From positions 125,200-189,199 of the forward strand of contig JAVZBY010000003.1 in NCBI GenBank assembly GCA_038874655.1: a DNA stretch of 64,000 bases, in the 5' to 3' direction. The DNA is from Candidatus Woesearchaeota archaeon. Lineage in GTDB: Archaea; Nanobdellota; Nanobdellia; Woesearchaeales; GW2011-AR15. How positions within the stretch are numbered: the first letter of the stretch is position 1; each line of letters opens with the position of its first letter. The translations under genes were made by a program, and so were the position numbers. The notes under the pieces were generated by a model. That model saw only the letters and a program-made list of their open reading frames with translations. It made no database searches and was not told the DNA's origin. This document shows, piece by piece, positions 39,213 through 50,253 of this stretch.

Positions 39213-39908
39213 ATGAAAAGAAAAATATCTATAGTTATTCCTACCTTTAATGAAGAAAAATATTTACCAAAACTATTAAAATCAATTAAATCTCAGTCCT
39301 TCAATGATTATGAAATCATTGTTGCAGATAATAACTCAAAAGACAAAACTATTCAAATAGCAAAAAAACATAATTGTAAAATAACAAAAGGAGGCATTCC
39401 ATCTGTTGCAAGAAACAATGGTGCTAAAATAGCTAAATATGACTTATTATTTTTAGATAGTGATGTCATTTTACCTAAAGATTTTTTAAAAAATTTTTTA
39501 AAAAAGATAATTAATAATGATTTAGATTATGCCAGTTGTAGAATAGAACCTTTAACAAATAAAAACAAGATTAAATTTTCATTCATGTTAAAAAATATAG
39601 GAAATAAATTAATTCCCAATCATACTTCAGGACAATGTTTATTTGTAAAAAAAGATTGCTTTAATTCTATAAATGGATTTGATGAAAAACTTTATTTGGC
39701 AGAAGAACATGATTTTGTTGAAAGACTAAATAAAAGAAAATTTAAAGGTAAATTTTTTTTTGATACATTTGTTTATTGTGTTCCAAGAAGACAAGAAAAA
39801 GAAGGAACTTATAGAACATTGATTAAAGATATTTATTCTGAATTATATAGAATTTTTATAGGTAAAATAAAAAAACCCATTTATAAAAAAGAATATGGGC
39901 ATTATTAA
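39213..39908 (+). CDS. Glycosyltransferase family 2
   Basis: ISIVIPTFNEE, VADNNSKD, ARNNGA, LFLDSD. Confidence 0.93.
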   Translation: MKRKISIVIPTFNEEKYLPKLLKSIKSQSFNDYEIIVADNNSKDKTIQIAKKHNCKITKGGIPSVARNNGAKIAKYDLLFLDSDVILPKDFLKNFLKKIINNDLDYASCRIEPLTNKNKIKFSFMLKNIGNKLIPNHTSGQCLFVKKDCFNSINGFDEKLYLAEEHDFVERLNKRKFKGKFFFDTFVYCVPRRQEKEGTYRTLIKDIYSELYRIFIGKIKKPIYKKEYGHY

Positions 39909-39928
39909 AAAATAAAAAAATTTAAAAC

Positions 39929-41167
39929 TTAAATTTCGTGAAATTTTTCTTTTGTAATCTTAAAAAATAAAACAAAAGCAACCCAAGAAACAAAAATTAA
40001 AAAACTTGAAATTATAATTGGAAAGTCAATTCTTATAGAAACAATAAAACCAGAAATTAAAGCAGGTAAAGACATTGCAAAACTTTGAACTGATTGAGAA
40101 ATTCCCAAAATTTCTCCTTGTGATTCTTTATCTGCTAAGTTTGAAATAATTGCTGTTGCATTTGGTTGTGTTAAACCATTTGAAATAGCAACAAAAGGAA
40201 TTAAGTAATACAAATAAATCGCTTTATCTGGAAAGCTCATTGCAACTAAGCTTAATGATAATAAGATTAAACTAAATCTTAAAATTTGTTCTGGTAAAAA
40301 TTTTTTTGATAATTGTCTCGTTAAAATTCCTTGTGTCAATGCAACACATAAACCCATATAAGCAAATAAATCCCCAATCTGACTTTGTGAAAAATTAAAT
40401 TTTTCTATTAAGTAAACCTGTAAAAACTGTGTATAAAAATTAAAACCAATTGTAAATAAAAAGATAATCATAAACATTAATCTCAAATTTTTCATTGCAA
40501 ATGCTTTTTTTAAATTTTTAAAACCTGTAAATACATTAATTTCCTTATGTAATTTATATTTTAAGGTTTCATTAAACCTAAAAATAACTAAAATTATATT
40601 AATTGCTGATAAAAAAGCAGCAAAAAATATAGGTGTTGTATTATTGAATAAATAAAAAAAAGTAGCGTCTGAAAGTTTTCCTCCTATAAAAGGTCCTAAT
40701 ATAAATCCTAATCCAAAAGCCATTCCTATTAAACCAAAATTTTTAGGCTTTTCTTGTTCATTACTTAAATCAGAGATTGCAGATAATGCAATAGATATAT
40801 TTCCCCCAGTAAAACCATCAATAATTCTTCCTATAAACAATAATAAAACATTTTTTGTTATTAAAGCAAAACCAAAAAATAAATATCCTAAAAAAGTGCC
40901 AAATAAAGAAATTAATAATATCTTTTTTCTTCCATATCTATCTGATAATGCACCTAATATTGGAGAACCAAAAAATTGTGCAATGGGAAAACTTGATATT
41001 AATAAACCTAAAAGGATTGTTCTTTGTCTTAAAGAAAAATAGCTAGGTAAAATACCATTTGTATCTAAAAACAAATGCCCTAATATTGGAATAACTAAAC
41101 CAACACCTAATAAATCTAAAAAAACAGTAAAAAAAATAGTAAAAAGTTGTTTGTTTTGATTTTGCAT
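39929..41167 (-). CDS. MFS transporter (TetA/DHA1-like)
   Basis: GALSDRYGRK motif A, GRIIDGFTGG, GFILGPFIGG motif C. Confidence 0.93.
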   Translation of the reverse strand: MQNQNKQLFTIFFTVFLDLLGVGLVIPILGHLFLDTNGILPSYFSLRQRTILLGLLISSFPIAQFFGSPILGALSDRYGRKKILLISLFGTFLGYLFFGFALITKNVLLLFIGRIIDGFTGGNISIALSAISDLSNEQEKPKNFGLIGMAFGLGFILGPFIGGKLSDATFFYLFNNTTPIFFAAFLSAINIILVIFRFNETLKYKLHKEINVFTGFKNLKKAFAMKNLRLMFMIIFLFTIGFNFYTQFLQVYLIEKFNFSQSQIGDLFAYMGLCVALTQGILTRQLSKKFLPEQILRFSLILLSLSLVAMSFPDKAIYLYYLIPFVAISNGLTQPNATAIISNLADKESQGEILGISQSVQSFAMSLPALISGFIVSIRIDFPIIISSFLIFVSWVAFVLFFKITKEKFHEI

Positions 41168-41205
41168 TTTAAATTATATATGAAAAAAATTAATAAAAAA
41201 TAGTT

Positions 41206-41487
41206 CTAATCTTCTTTTTCATCGTTTATATCTGATTCATGTAATTCTTCTAATTCTTCTTCAATCTCTTCTTCAACTTTTTCTTGTCTTTCTTCTTGCA
41301 TCTCTAAATCTTTTACAACATCTGCTAATTTTAACCTTAATTCTTGCTCTGAAATCACTCCTTTCTGTATCAATAGATCTATTAAAGTATTCAAAACTAT
41401 ATTATTATTTTGTACAATATCCTCTATTGTAATATCATGTCCATGATTATGCCCACATTCACATGAACCATCTTCACAACATCCCAT
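41206..41487 (-). CDS. Small acidic protein with a Cys/His-rich N-terminus (putative metal-binding)
   Basis: MGCCEDGSCECGHNHGHD; GGAGG ribosome-binding site; directly downstream of copA. Confidence 0.7.
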   Translation of the reverse strand: MGCCEDGSCECGHNHGHDITIEDIVQNNNIVLNTLIDLLIQKGVISEQELRLKLADVVKDLEMQEERQEKVEEEIEEELEELHESDINDEKED

Positions 41488-41575
41488 TTTGATTTCCTCC
41501 TTAAAGTTTTATTTTCTTATATTTATTCAAAACAAAAAGTTAGAGTTTTTAATTATTATTAAATCTATGGTTTTA

Positions 41576-43840
41576 TTAATCAATATTATCCTTACTCATT
41601 AACAATGTATTACTAACAACACTAACACTTGAAAAAGCCATTGCTGTTCCTGCAATAATAGGGCTTAATAACAAAGGATAAAATAATCCTGTAGCAATTG
41701 GTATTCCTAAAACATTATAAAAAAATGCCCAAAATAAATTTTGCTTTATTTTTCTGATTGTTAATTTACTTAGATTTATTGCTTTAACAAAAGACATTAA
41801 ATCATTATTCATTAAGATTATATCACCTGTTTCCATTGCTATATCTGTTCCTGATCTCATTACAACTCCAATATCTGCCTGAGCTAATGCTGGTGCATCA
41901 TTTATTCCATCTCCTACCATAGCAACATATCCCTTTTTTTCAGATTGTAATTTTTTAACATAATTTAATTTTTCATCAGGTAAAACATTAGCAAAATAAT
42001 TTATTTTTAACTCATTAGCAATTGATTTTGCTGTTTTTTCATTATCGCCTGTTATCATATAAATCTCCATCTCTTGTTCCTTTAATTTATTGATAACCTC
42101 AATAGCATTTTCTCTTAATTTGTCTTTAATTCCAATGACACCTAATAAACTAAAGTATTCTTTTTTGTTTTTTAGAGTTTTCTCAGCAACTAAAACTATT
42201 GTTTTTCCTTCATTTTGAAGTTTATCTAAAATTTCAAAATATTCTTTCTTTAAAACTATTTTATTTTTTTCTAAGAATTCTTTTATGAAATTTAAACTTC
42301 CAACAAAATATTCCTTATTTAATATTACTCCTTTAATCCCTTTACCAGAAAAAGATTTAAAATTTTTAACATTATAATATTCTTTTGAAATTTTTTCATA
42401 CTCATTAAGAATTGCCTCTCCTAAAGGATGCTCTGAATTTTTTTCAATTGATGCAACAATCTTTAAAAAACCTTCTTTTGTTAATTTATATTTATCATTA
42501 GAAAATATAATAACATCTGAAACAACTGGTTTTCCAACTGTTAATGTTCCTGTCTTATCAAAAACAACATACTTTACTTTATGCAATTTTTCTAATGCCT
42601 CAGCGCTTTTTATTAAAATACCTTTTTGAGCTCCTAAGCCAGTTCCAACCATTATTGCTGTTGGAGTAGCTAATCCTAATGCACATGGACATGCAATTAC
42701 TAAAACAGAAACAGAATTAATTATAGCCAATTCTAAATTTTTAAAAACAAAAAACCAAATACTAAAAGTTATTAAAGAGATTAATAAAACAATAGGCACA
42801 AAATAACTTGAAATTAAGTCCGCATATCTTTGTATAGGTGCTTTTTTATTTTGTGCATCTTCTATTAATTTAATAATATTGGCTAATGTTGTATTTTCTC
42901 CAACAGAGGTAGCTTTAAATTTAAAACTTCCATTTTTATTAATAGTCCCTGCAAAAACCTTATCATTTATTTTCTTTTCAATTGGCAAATGCTCCCCAGT
43001 AAGCATACTTTCATCAACAAAAGAATTTCCTTCTATAATAAATCCATCAACTGGTATTTTTTCTCCTGGTTTCACAAATAAAACATCATTTTCTTTAACT
43101 TCATCAACACTAATTTTAATTTCTTGTCCATTTTTTATTAGAGTTGCAATTTTCGGACTTAGATCAATTAATTTTTTAATTGCTTCATTTGTTTTTGACT
43201 TTGCTTTTGCTTCTAAATATTTGCCTAATAGAACCAAAGTAATAATTATAGTTGATGCTTCAAAATACAAACCATCTCCACCAATTATCATAGAATAAAT
43301 ACTGAAAAAATAAGCTGCACTTGTTCCTAATGCTATCAATGTATCCATATTAGCAGTTTTATTTCTAAGAGAAGCAAAAGCTCCTTTATAGAATCTCCTC
43401 CCAGAAATAAATTGCACTGGTGTTGCTAAATAAAATAAAATTAATTCTTGATAAGGAATCATTATTTTTAAAAACATAAATACCATACCTATAATAAAAG
43501 AAGGAATTGCAAAAATACTTGAAAATATTAATAAAAACTTTAATTCCTTTAATTCTTTTTTCTGACTTATTTTTTCATCAAAATTAAAAACAACTCTATA
43601 ACCCAATGAATTAATTATATTAATTATTTTTTCATCATTAACCGAATTTCTATCATATTCAACAAATGCTTTTCCATTTGCATAATTAACATTAACTTCA
43701 TTAATGCCATTTATCTTTGTCAATGATCTTGTAATTAATAATGAACAACTAGCACAATGCATTCCTGTAATTGAAAATGTTTTTTTTACTAGATTTATAT
43801 TATTAATGTTATTATTAAGATTATTACTATTATTTTTCAT
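41576..43840 (-). CDS. copA: Copper-translocating P1B-type ATPase
   Basis: GMHCASC HMA domain, [25 protein letters not shown] and MAFSS motifs. Confidence 0.96.
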   Translation of the reverse strand: MKNNSNNLNNNINNINLVKKTFSITGMHCASCSLLITRSLTKINGINEVNVNYANGKAFVEYDRNSVNDEKIINIINSLGYRVVFNFDEKISQKKELKELKFLLIFSSIFAIPSFIIGMVFMFLKIMIPYQELILFYLATPVQFISGRRFYKGAFASLRNKTANMDTLIALGTSAAYFFSIYSMIIGGDGLYFEASTIIITLVLLGKYLEAKAKSKTNEAIKKLIDLSPKIATLIKNGQEIKISVDEVKENDVLFVKPGEKIPVDGFIIEGNSFVDESMLTGEHLPIEKKINDKVFAGTINKNGSFKFKATSVGENTTLANIIKLIEDAQNKKAPIQRYADLISSYFVPIVLLISLITFSIWFFVFKNLELAIINSVSVLVIACPCALGLATPTAIMVGTGLGAQKGILIKSAEALEKLHKVKYVVFDKTGTLTVGKPVVSDVIIFSNDKYKLTKEGFLKIVASIEKNSEHPLGEAILNEYEKISKEYYNVKNFKSFSGKGIKGVILNKEYFVGSLNFIKEFLEKNKIVLKKEYFEILDKLQNEGKTIVLVAEKTLKNKKEYFSLLGVIGIKDKLRENAIEVINKLKEQEMEIYMITGDNEKTAKSIANELKINYFANVLPDEKLNYVKKLQSEKKGYVAMVGDGINDAPALAQADIGVVMRSGTDIAMETGDIILMNNDLMSFVKAINLSKLTIRKIKQNLFWAFFYNVLGIPIATGLFYPLLLSPIIAGTAMAFSSVSVVSNTLLMSKDNID

Positions 43841-43844
43841 TTTA

Positions 43845-44582
43845 TCATCTCAAATCTGATTCAATTAAAGGAATAAAATGAGTCATATCAATAATAGAGT
43901 TAGTTTTATTTATAATACCAACAACATGCACATTTATTCCAAAAAAATCATCAATCTTATCACCTGATTTTTGAAATAATTTTTCTGAAATCATCATACT
44001 TGCTTCATCAAATCCAATAACAACAGGATAATATGTTTTTCCGTTAATTATCTTCACATTATAATCTTTTATGTTGCCCTCCATTAACTCTAAATTGGGT
44101 TTATCTCCTAAACTATAACTATAAAATAATTTAGGCATTCCTTTATTTGTAAATTTAATAAAAAGTTTATTTTCAATTCCATTTATTTTATAAAAATTTT
44201 CCTCAGATAAAAAATGCATATCATCAATCATTGTATTTGTTTTTTTCAATACGCCACCTATTTGGACATTTATGCCAAAAAAATTGTTTATATTATCATC
44301 AATTTTTGAAAATAGTTTTTCATTTTTCATCATTTCTGCCTCATTAAAACCTAAAACAATTTTATTATTTTCAATAGAAATTTTTCCATCATTTAGTTTT
44401 AGTTTTTTTAATTCCTGCTCATTCACATAAGAAAAAACTTTCATTTCATTTTTCTCACTAAAATCTACTTTCATTTTTAAATTTTTAAAAAAATTTTCAT
44501 CTATCATAACTGGTGAATATCTAAAATAAAAAAATGTGCCAATGAAAAGCATTATAGTTGTAATTATTATTGCAAATTTCAT
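43845..44582 (-). CDS. Membrane-anchored protein with an internally duplicated domain
   Basis: N-terminal TM; two copies of (I/V)xxGFxEAxMMxxEKLF...FFGINV...KTNxxIDxxHF. ATG overlaps the upstream stop. Confidence 0.75.
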   Translation of the reverse strand: MKFAIIITTIMLFIGTFFYFRYSPVMIDENFFKNLKMKVDFSEKNEMKVFSYVNEQELKKLKLNDGKISIENNKIVLGFNEAEMMKNEKLFSKIDDNINNFFGINVQIGGVLKKTNTMIDDMHFLSEENFYKINGIENKLFIKFTNKGMPKLFYSYSLGDKPNLELMEGNIKDYNVKIINGKTYYPVVIGFDEASMMISEKLFQKSGDKIDDFFGINVHVVGIINKTNSIIDMTHFIPLIESDLR

Positions 44583-45175
44583 TAAAATCTGCCCCCGCAA
44601 CCACATCCTATTCTTGTAGTTTGATTATTATCTTGATTTGTTTTTTCTTCATTATTATCTTCTTTGGTGTTTTCATAAGATTGTGTTTTCAATTCATTAT
44701 TCTTTGACTCATCTATCTTTGAATCATCTGAAACAACATCAAAATAGCCAACATACATATTCATAGAGCATTGTATTCTTATTCTTCCTTCTTTTGTTGG
44801 AGTAAATTCTATAATATTATCTCCTTGCCTCACATTTTTAAAGACATTAAACTGAGGAATTACTATTGATCTTGCACAACCATAAACAGAATTTAAATCA
44901 ACCAGCATCTTAACAGGAACATCTTTTTTTAAAACACTCGGCTGTAATTCATAATTTCCTTTAGCATTTATAATTAAATTAACATTTTGAAAACCAAAAT
45001 CTTGATTATTAATATTATTTAAATTTGCATTATTATTTACATTAATATTTTGATTAATACTTTGTTCTTTTGTGTTTTCTTTCAAAATATTAAAATCATT
45101 CATCAATATATTTCTTGAAGAGATAATTGTTAATAATAAAATAACAATTCCAAAGACAATAACGACTGTTTTCAT
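44582..45175 (-). CDS. Cupredoxin-domain protein
   Basis: GCARSIVIP...IIEFTPTKEG...CSMNMYVG; N-terminal TM; C-terminal GCGCGG. Confidence 0.85.
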   Translation of the reverse strand: MKTVVIVFGIVILLLTIISSRNILMNDFNILKENTKEQSINQNINVNNNANLNNINNQDFGFQNVNLIINAKGNYELQPSVLKKDVPVKMLVDLNSVYGCARSIVIPQFNVFKNVRQGDNIIEFTPTKEGRIRIQCSMNMYVGYFDVVSDDSKIDESKNNELKTQSYENTKEDNNEEKTNQDNNQTTRIGCGCGGRF

Positions 45176-45224
45176 TTTTTCACCTTTTTCATTTAAAATT
45201 TTTTAATATTGTTAATTTTTAAAA

Positions 45225-46121
45225 TCAAATAGCTAAAACTGACTTAGGACCAAAATAAATTATTAAAAGCAATAAAATCAAAAACAATGCTGAATATGAA
45301 GCTAATGTTAAAAAATCAATATTATTAATCTCATATTTTTTATTTTCTGCTAATTCTTCATAAATCATATATGATAAAAATAAAAAGATTAATCCATTTA
45401 AGAAAAAATAAATCGGACTAAAGATATTCAAATTATCATTTAATAACATTACTGAAATCATTGCTCCCATTGTTCCTGCCATTATGCCAGACATTGAACC
45501 CTGTAAAGCACCCATAATACCACAACATTGTCCAGTAATAAAACCAACAAAAAAACCTATTAACATTCCTACTAATGCTCCAATAAAAAAGCCATTTGTT
45601 ATTCCAAAGATATAACCAATCATCATTCCTGACTGCATCCCAAAGGTCATTCCAATCATCATTCCTGTCATGCATGTAATTTTAGTTTTATAACTTAAAA
45701 AGTGCCATAAAACACTTGAAATTATTGCTAAACTAAAATTCAAGTAAATAAAATATTGTAAATATTTTACAAAAGATAATTTAAAAGCAAAAACAAAAAC
45801 AGCATTAACAAAAATTAAAACAAAAAATAAAGAAATAAAATATTTTATTAATTTGTATTCTAAAAAATATTTATGCTTATTTTCAATAAAATCCCTAAAT
45901 CTTTCTGAAAATGTTTTTCTTTCAAAGCTTAATGAAGCCCTATAACCTAATTCTTTTATTTTTTTGATATATTTTTCAGGTTTTTCAGATTCATCTATCT
46001 CAATATGATCATTATTAATTTTTACATTTTTATCATTACTAAATGCCTTTTCTAAAACTTTTACACAACTCTCGCATTCAATATCTGGAATATAAATTTT
46101 TGTTTTTTTCATATAAATCAA
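45225..46121 (-). CDS. HMA-domain membrane protein with Met/Gly-rich transmembrane region
   Basis: IECESC N-terminal HMA; CMTGMMIGMTFGMQSGMM...CCGIMG...GIMAGTMGAM. Confidence 0.8.
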   Translation of the reverse strand: MIYMKKTKIYIPDIECESCVKVLEKAFSNDKNVKINNDHIEIDESEKPEKYIKKIKELGYRASLSFERKTFSERFRDFIENKHKYFLEYKLIKYFISLFFVLIFVNAVFVFAFKLSFVKYLQYFIYLNFSLAIISSVLWHFLSYKTKITCMTGMMIGMTFGMQSGMMIGYIFGITNGFFIGALVGMLIGFFVGFITGQCCGIMGALQGSMSGIMAGTMGAMISVMLLNDNLNIFSPIYFFLNGLIFLFLSYMIYEELAENKKYEINNIDFLTLASYSALFLILLLLIIYFGPKSVLAI

Positions 46122-46312
46122 CCTAAAACTTTATAGCCTTCATCCTCAATTATTTTTTTAATATCCTCAAAAGAGATTTTTTTATCATCAAACTCAACAT
46201 CTGCTTTTCCAATAACTACATTTGCTTTAACTCCTTTTTCTTCCAAAGCAATCTTTATCAAACTAACACAACTTTTACAATGCATACCATTAATAATCAT
46301 AGTTTTTTTCAT
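46118..46312 (-). CDS. copZ: Copper chaperone (CopZ-like HMA protein)
   Basis: GMHCKSC...IEDEGY; 64 aa. Confidence 0.88.
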   Translation of the reverse strand: MKKTMIINGMHCKSCVSLIKIALEEKGVKANVVIGKADVEFDDKKISFEDIKKIIEDEGYKVLG

Positions 46313-46361
46313 AAAAAAGAGAAGAATGAAACACCTTAAAAAGTATTATTTGAAATTAACA

Positions 46362-46375
46362 TGAAACTAGTTTCA
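46362..46375. promoter_or_regulatory. Perfect 14-bp palindrome TGAAACTAGTTTCA upstream of copZ (candidate operator)
   Basis: Additional half-sites TGAAAT (46351) and TGAAAC (46327) flank a TATA-like TTTTTAAG on the - strand. Confidence 0.55.
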
Positions 46376-46423
46376 ATTTAAAAAAATAAATAAAATAAAA
46401 AATATAAAAAGAAATATGATTAA

Positions 46424-46936
46424 TCAATTCCTCAATATCACAACATTAGTCATTCCTCTTCTCTTTCTTTCAATTAAACCCTTTCCTTCTAATTTATCTA
46501 AAATCCTGGTTATTTTTACTTTGCTATAATTAGTTTTCTCAACCAATTCTGATTGAAATATTGTTCCTTGTGATTCTACTATTTTATCATATACTAATTT
46601 TTCATCAGGCAATAAATCCAAAATTCTTTTTTTTATTATTTCTTTTTCTGTTTTTTCAGATTCTTCATTTTTTTCAATAATAAAATTTCTTTTAAACTTG
46701 CTCTCAAACAAAAAATAAATTCCTAAAGCAATCAAAGAAACAGATAAAACACTTCCAAAAATATACACTAAAAAATTTCTGTTTTCATGCAAGCAAGTTC
46801 CATCATCTAAAAAACAAGTTCCTTCATTTTTAACATATAGATTAATATAATAATCTTCTCTTGCTTTAAACATAAAAAGCATAACAGCAAGTAAAATCCC
46901 AATAAAAATAACAACAAAAGCAAAATTTTTATTCAT
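46424..46936 (-). CDS. Membrane-anchored winged-HTH transcriptional regulator
   Basis: Two TM helices flank a CFLDDGTCLH loop; C-terminal IFQSELVEKTNYSKVKITRILDKLEGKGLIERKRRGMTN. Start placed at MNKNF. Confidence 0.85.
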   Translation of the reverse strand: MNKNFAFVVIFIGILLAVMLFMFKAREDYYINLYVKNEGTCFLDDGTCLHENRNFLVYIFGSVLSVSLIALGIYFLFESKFKRNFIIEKNEESEKTEKEIIKKRILDLLPDEKLVYDKIVESQGTIFQSELVEKTNYSKVKITRILDKLEGKGLIERKRRGMTNVVILRN

Positions 46937-47017
46937 AATAATTTGTAAAATATTTAAATTTAAAAAAGTTATTTTTAATTTCTCTAAAATCATATTTTAT
47001 TAAAATGCTACATAAAA

Positions 47018-47701
47018 TTAGTCAAAATAAAAATTAAATCTTTTTTCATCACACATTAAGCCTATAATAACATTAGGACTATCCCATTTTATTTGATTAT
47101 AAGATTCAATATCCTGATTAGAAAAAATACAATGTAAAATAGGATGTGTATGTAATTCAATTAGAGTTTTATCATCACAAATTTCAGATACTACTTTATA
47201 AACATCACTTCCATAAATTTTTGGTATATAAATTCCTTTAACATTATAAACTTGATAACCTAAATTTTGCTCATTGGAGATATTACCATATAAACACATC
47301 TTAATTTCTGATTTTTGATTTTGTCTAAATATAGAAAGTAATGCATTGTAATTTTCTTTCCCAATGATAATTTTCTTATTATTCAAGATTATTTCATAAT
47401 TATCATTAATTTCAGTACTTATAATTTTTCCAAATAATATATTTAATATATGAAATCCCAACAAATTACTAATAAGCAAAAAAATAATAAAAAATGTGAT
47501 TAAAATAATATAGGTTTTTTTAAGAATTTTTTTTAATTCTGATTCTTCTTGTTGTGATTCTAAAATTTCATCTTCTAACTCAATTAAATTATATTCCAAA
47601 TTTTCTTCAGATTTATTCAAATTCTTTAAATTATCTTCATTATTTTGTTTTTTGCTCATAAATAAACACTCAATAATATAATTAAACCTAATACAAAACA
47701 A
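47018..47701 (-). CDS. Membrane-anchored protein with a JAMM/MPN+ motif
   Basis: Single TM, then SEIKMCLYG...LHTHPILHCIFSNQD (E...HxH-x7-S-x2-D). Confidence 0.65.
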   Translation of the reverse strand: MFCIRFNYIIECLFMSKKQNNEDNLKNLNKSEENLEYNLIELEDEILESQQEESELKKILKKTYIILITFFIIFLLISNLLGFHILNILFGKIISTEINDNYEIILNNKKIIIGKENYNALLSIFRQNQKSEIKMCLYGNISNEQNLGYQVYNVKGIYIPKIYGSDVYKVVSEICDDKTLIELHTHPILHCIFSNQDIESYNQIKWDSPNVIIGLMCDEKRFNFYFD

Positions 47702-48420
47702 TATATTGAGAAATAACTAAATTTGTTGGTTTTAATAATTCGTAGTAAAAATTTCAATGATAAATATCCAGAAATCATTGAAAACAAAACTCCAATAAAT
47801 GCAAAACTTAAATTTTCAATTTGCCCAATATTTCTAATTTCTAAAATTGTTGCACCAAAAATTGGTGGGATAGCCATTAAAAAAGAAAATTTTGCTGCTT
47901 CCTCTTGCTTTATTCCTTGAATTAATCCTGTTGAAATTGTAATTCCTGATCTAGAAACACCAGGTAAAATTGCAATTGCTTGACTTACACCCATTAAAAA
48001 TGTGTTTAAAAAATTTAAATTCTTATCTTTTATTTTTGGATATTTTGATAAAAATAAAACTATTGAAGTAAATATCCATGCAAAACCTACAAAAGCTAAA
48101 TTTGAAAATGCTCTCTCTATATAATCATTTAAAAAAAAACCAACTAATGTAATAGGAATTGATGCAAAAATTAACATTAAAGCTAAATTTATATATTTCT
48201 TTTCTCTTTTTAAAACACCTAAAATTAATTCTAAAATTTCCTTTCTAAAAACAAATAAAATTACTAATAAAGAACCAAAATGCAACAACACATCAAAAAT
48301 TATTGGTTGCTTTATTTTAAAAATAGTTTGAAACAAAACTAAATGTCCTGAACTACTTATAGGAAGCCACTCAGTAATGCCTTGTATAATACCTAAAATT
48401 ATTGCTTCAATTAGATTCAT
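47656..48420 (-). CDS. uppP: Undecaprenyl-diphosphate phosphatase (BacA/UppP family)
   Basis: GIIQGITEWLPISSSGHL, QAIAILPGVSRSGIT, AAKFSFL. Confidence 0.95.
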   Translation of the reverse strand: MNLIEAIILGIIQGITEWLPISSSGHLVLFQTIFKIKQPIIFDVLLHFGSLLVILFVFRKEILELILGVLKREKKYINLALMLIFASIPITLVGFFLNDYIERAFSNLAFVGFAWIFTSIVLFLSKYPKIKDKNLNFLNTFLMGVSQAIAILPGVSRSGITISTGLIQGIKQEEAAKFSFLMAIPPIFGATILEIRNIGQIENLSFAFIGVLFSMISGYLSLKFLLRIIKTNKFSYFSIYCFVLGLIILLSVYL

Positions 48421-48530
48421 AATATAAAGAAAATTTTTATTACTTAAATATTATTGCTTAAATTATAAGTAAATAAAAAAACAATATAGTGATAAAGAAA
48501 ATATAAAATTTTATTATATAGTAATTAATT

Positions 48531-50188
48531 TTATTTATTCAAACAATCATTTTTTAATTTAGTATTGCTAATTTCTTCACAAATATCTTTGTTATATATT
48601 GCATAATTAATTATACATTGATCTCTTTCATTAGAAGTTAAATAAATACAAAACAAAGGATCCTTAATTTTTTCTATAATTGTTAGTTTACATTCACTAT
48701 CTTTACAATCAACAATAAGTTGTTTTACAATTCTTGCTTCAATAAGTTTTAATGCCAATATTTTATCTATATCTTTTTCTTGATGGTTTAAATTATATTC
48801 TTGTTTTATTATTTCATTTTTGATTTTTTGACGAGTTTCAAATAATTCAAGGACTATTTTTTCTGCCATTTTATATATATCCAAATGTGTGAAAAGTTTA
48901 TTGGTTGCTTTATAAAATAGAGAATAATCATTATCAAGAAAAGGTGAATTTCGAAGAATATTTATTAATTCATTTTTATCATCTTGATTGATTTCTGATA
49001 TTTTTGAATAAAGATAATTTACATTATTATTTAGAAATTCTATATGCTCATTCATACTTTTTGAACCATCATAAAAGAGAGTATTATTTATTATATTTTT
49101 CTTAATCCATTTATATTCATTAGAAACAATTTTTTTTGATTCTAATATATCACTTAACATTAATCTAAATTTTTCAAAAAAGATAATATGATTTTTCATA
49201 TCTTCATATACTTTACCATTAAAATAATAAGATAAACTCTCTATCCAGTTTTTTGGAAAAACTACATTTTTATTAATTAATTCACTATGAATTGATTGCC
49301 ATTTATTATTAATTTCCATTGCAACCTGTGTTTTTTGAAGTTCTGGCTCTTCATTTTCAAAGAGATTATCAGAAAGGGTTTGTGTTATTTTATAAATATT
49401 TTTTTGAAAATTATTAATATTTATATAAGTATTATTAACAAAAATTATACCAAAAATTGAAGCAATTACAAAACATAATATCAAAAAGAAAAGATATAAT
49501 ATCATCATAGATTTTATAACTGTTTTCTTAACATTTTCTTCTTTTGCTGAGAGAATATTAAATAGAGAAAATGGAAAAAATTTAAACCTAAAATATGCAA
49601 CATAATTAAATTCCCCAAAAACCTTTTTAAGTAATTTCATAGATATTAAAAAATATGATAAAATAAAAAAGATAAATAAAGAAGACATTATTAAAATAAA
49701 ACTAAATAAAGAGATTGTTCCAATGAAATCAAAAATAACAAAAGCATAAAGAAGATAAATCAAAAAAGAAAATGTAAATGAAAAATTTAAACTTATTAAC
49801 AATGTTAAAAAGATATATTCAAAAGGATATTTCTTTTGTGAGTTAAAAAAATAAGATAATGAAAAAAGAAATGATAAAAAAAGTATAAATGATAAATATA
49901 AGAAACTATTAGTGATACTATAAATAAAAAAAAAAATATAGTTAATCCATTAATAAAATTTGCAATATTTATTTTATTACTTTTATATAAGAAATTAATT
50001 ATCAAAAAAATACTTGCATAAATAAAAAGAAATATTAATACTTCAAAGATTTTATTAAAGGAATATGAGATAAATAAAATCGACAAAATAAAAATAAAAA
50101 AAACAGAAAATGATAATTTTTTTATATAATTATTAATTGAAATGTTTATCCCTTTCTGAGATAAAGAATCGAAAGATATTTTTTCCAT
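48531..50188 (-). CDS. Large membrane protein split into two ORFs (49805..50188 and 48531..49802) by a probable frameshift at a T11 tract
   Basis: The downstream frame stays open back through the A11 run at 49926-49936; one extra T would fuse the two ORFs. Confidence 0.55.
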
Positions 50189-50253
50189 TATATAAATTAA
50201 AAAAATACATCTATATAAGATTTATTATTTTAATAATTGAAGAAATATTTAAA

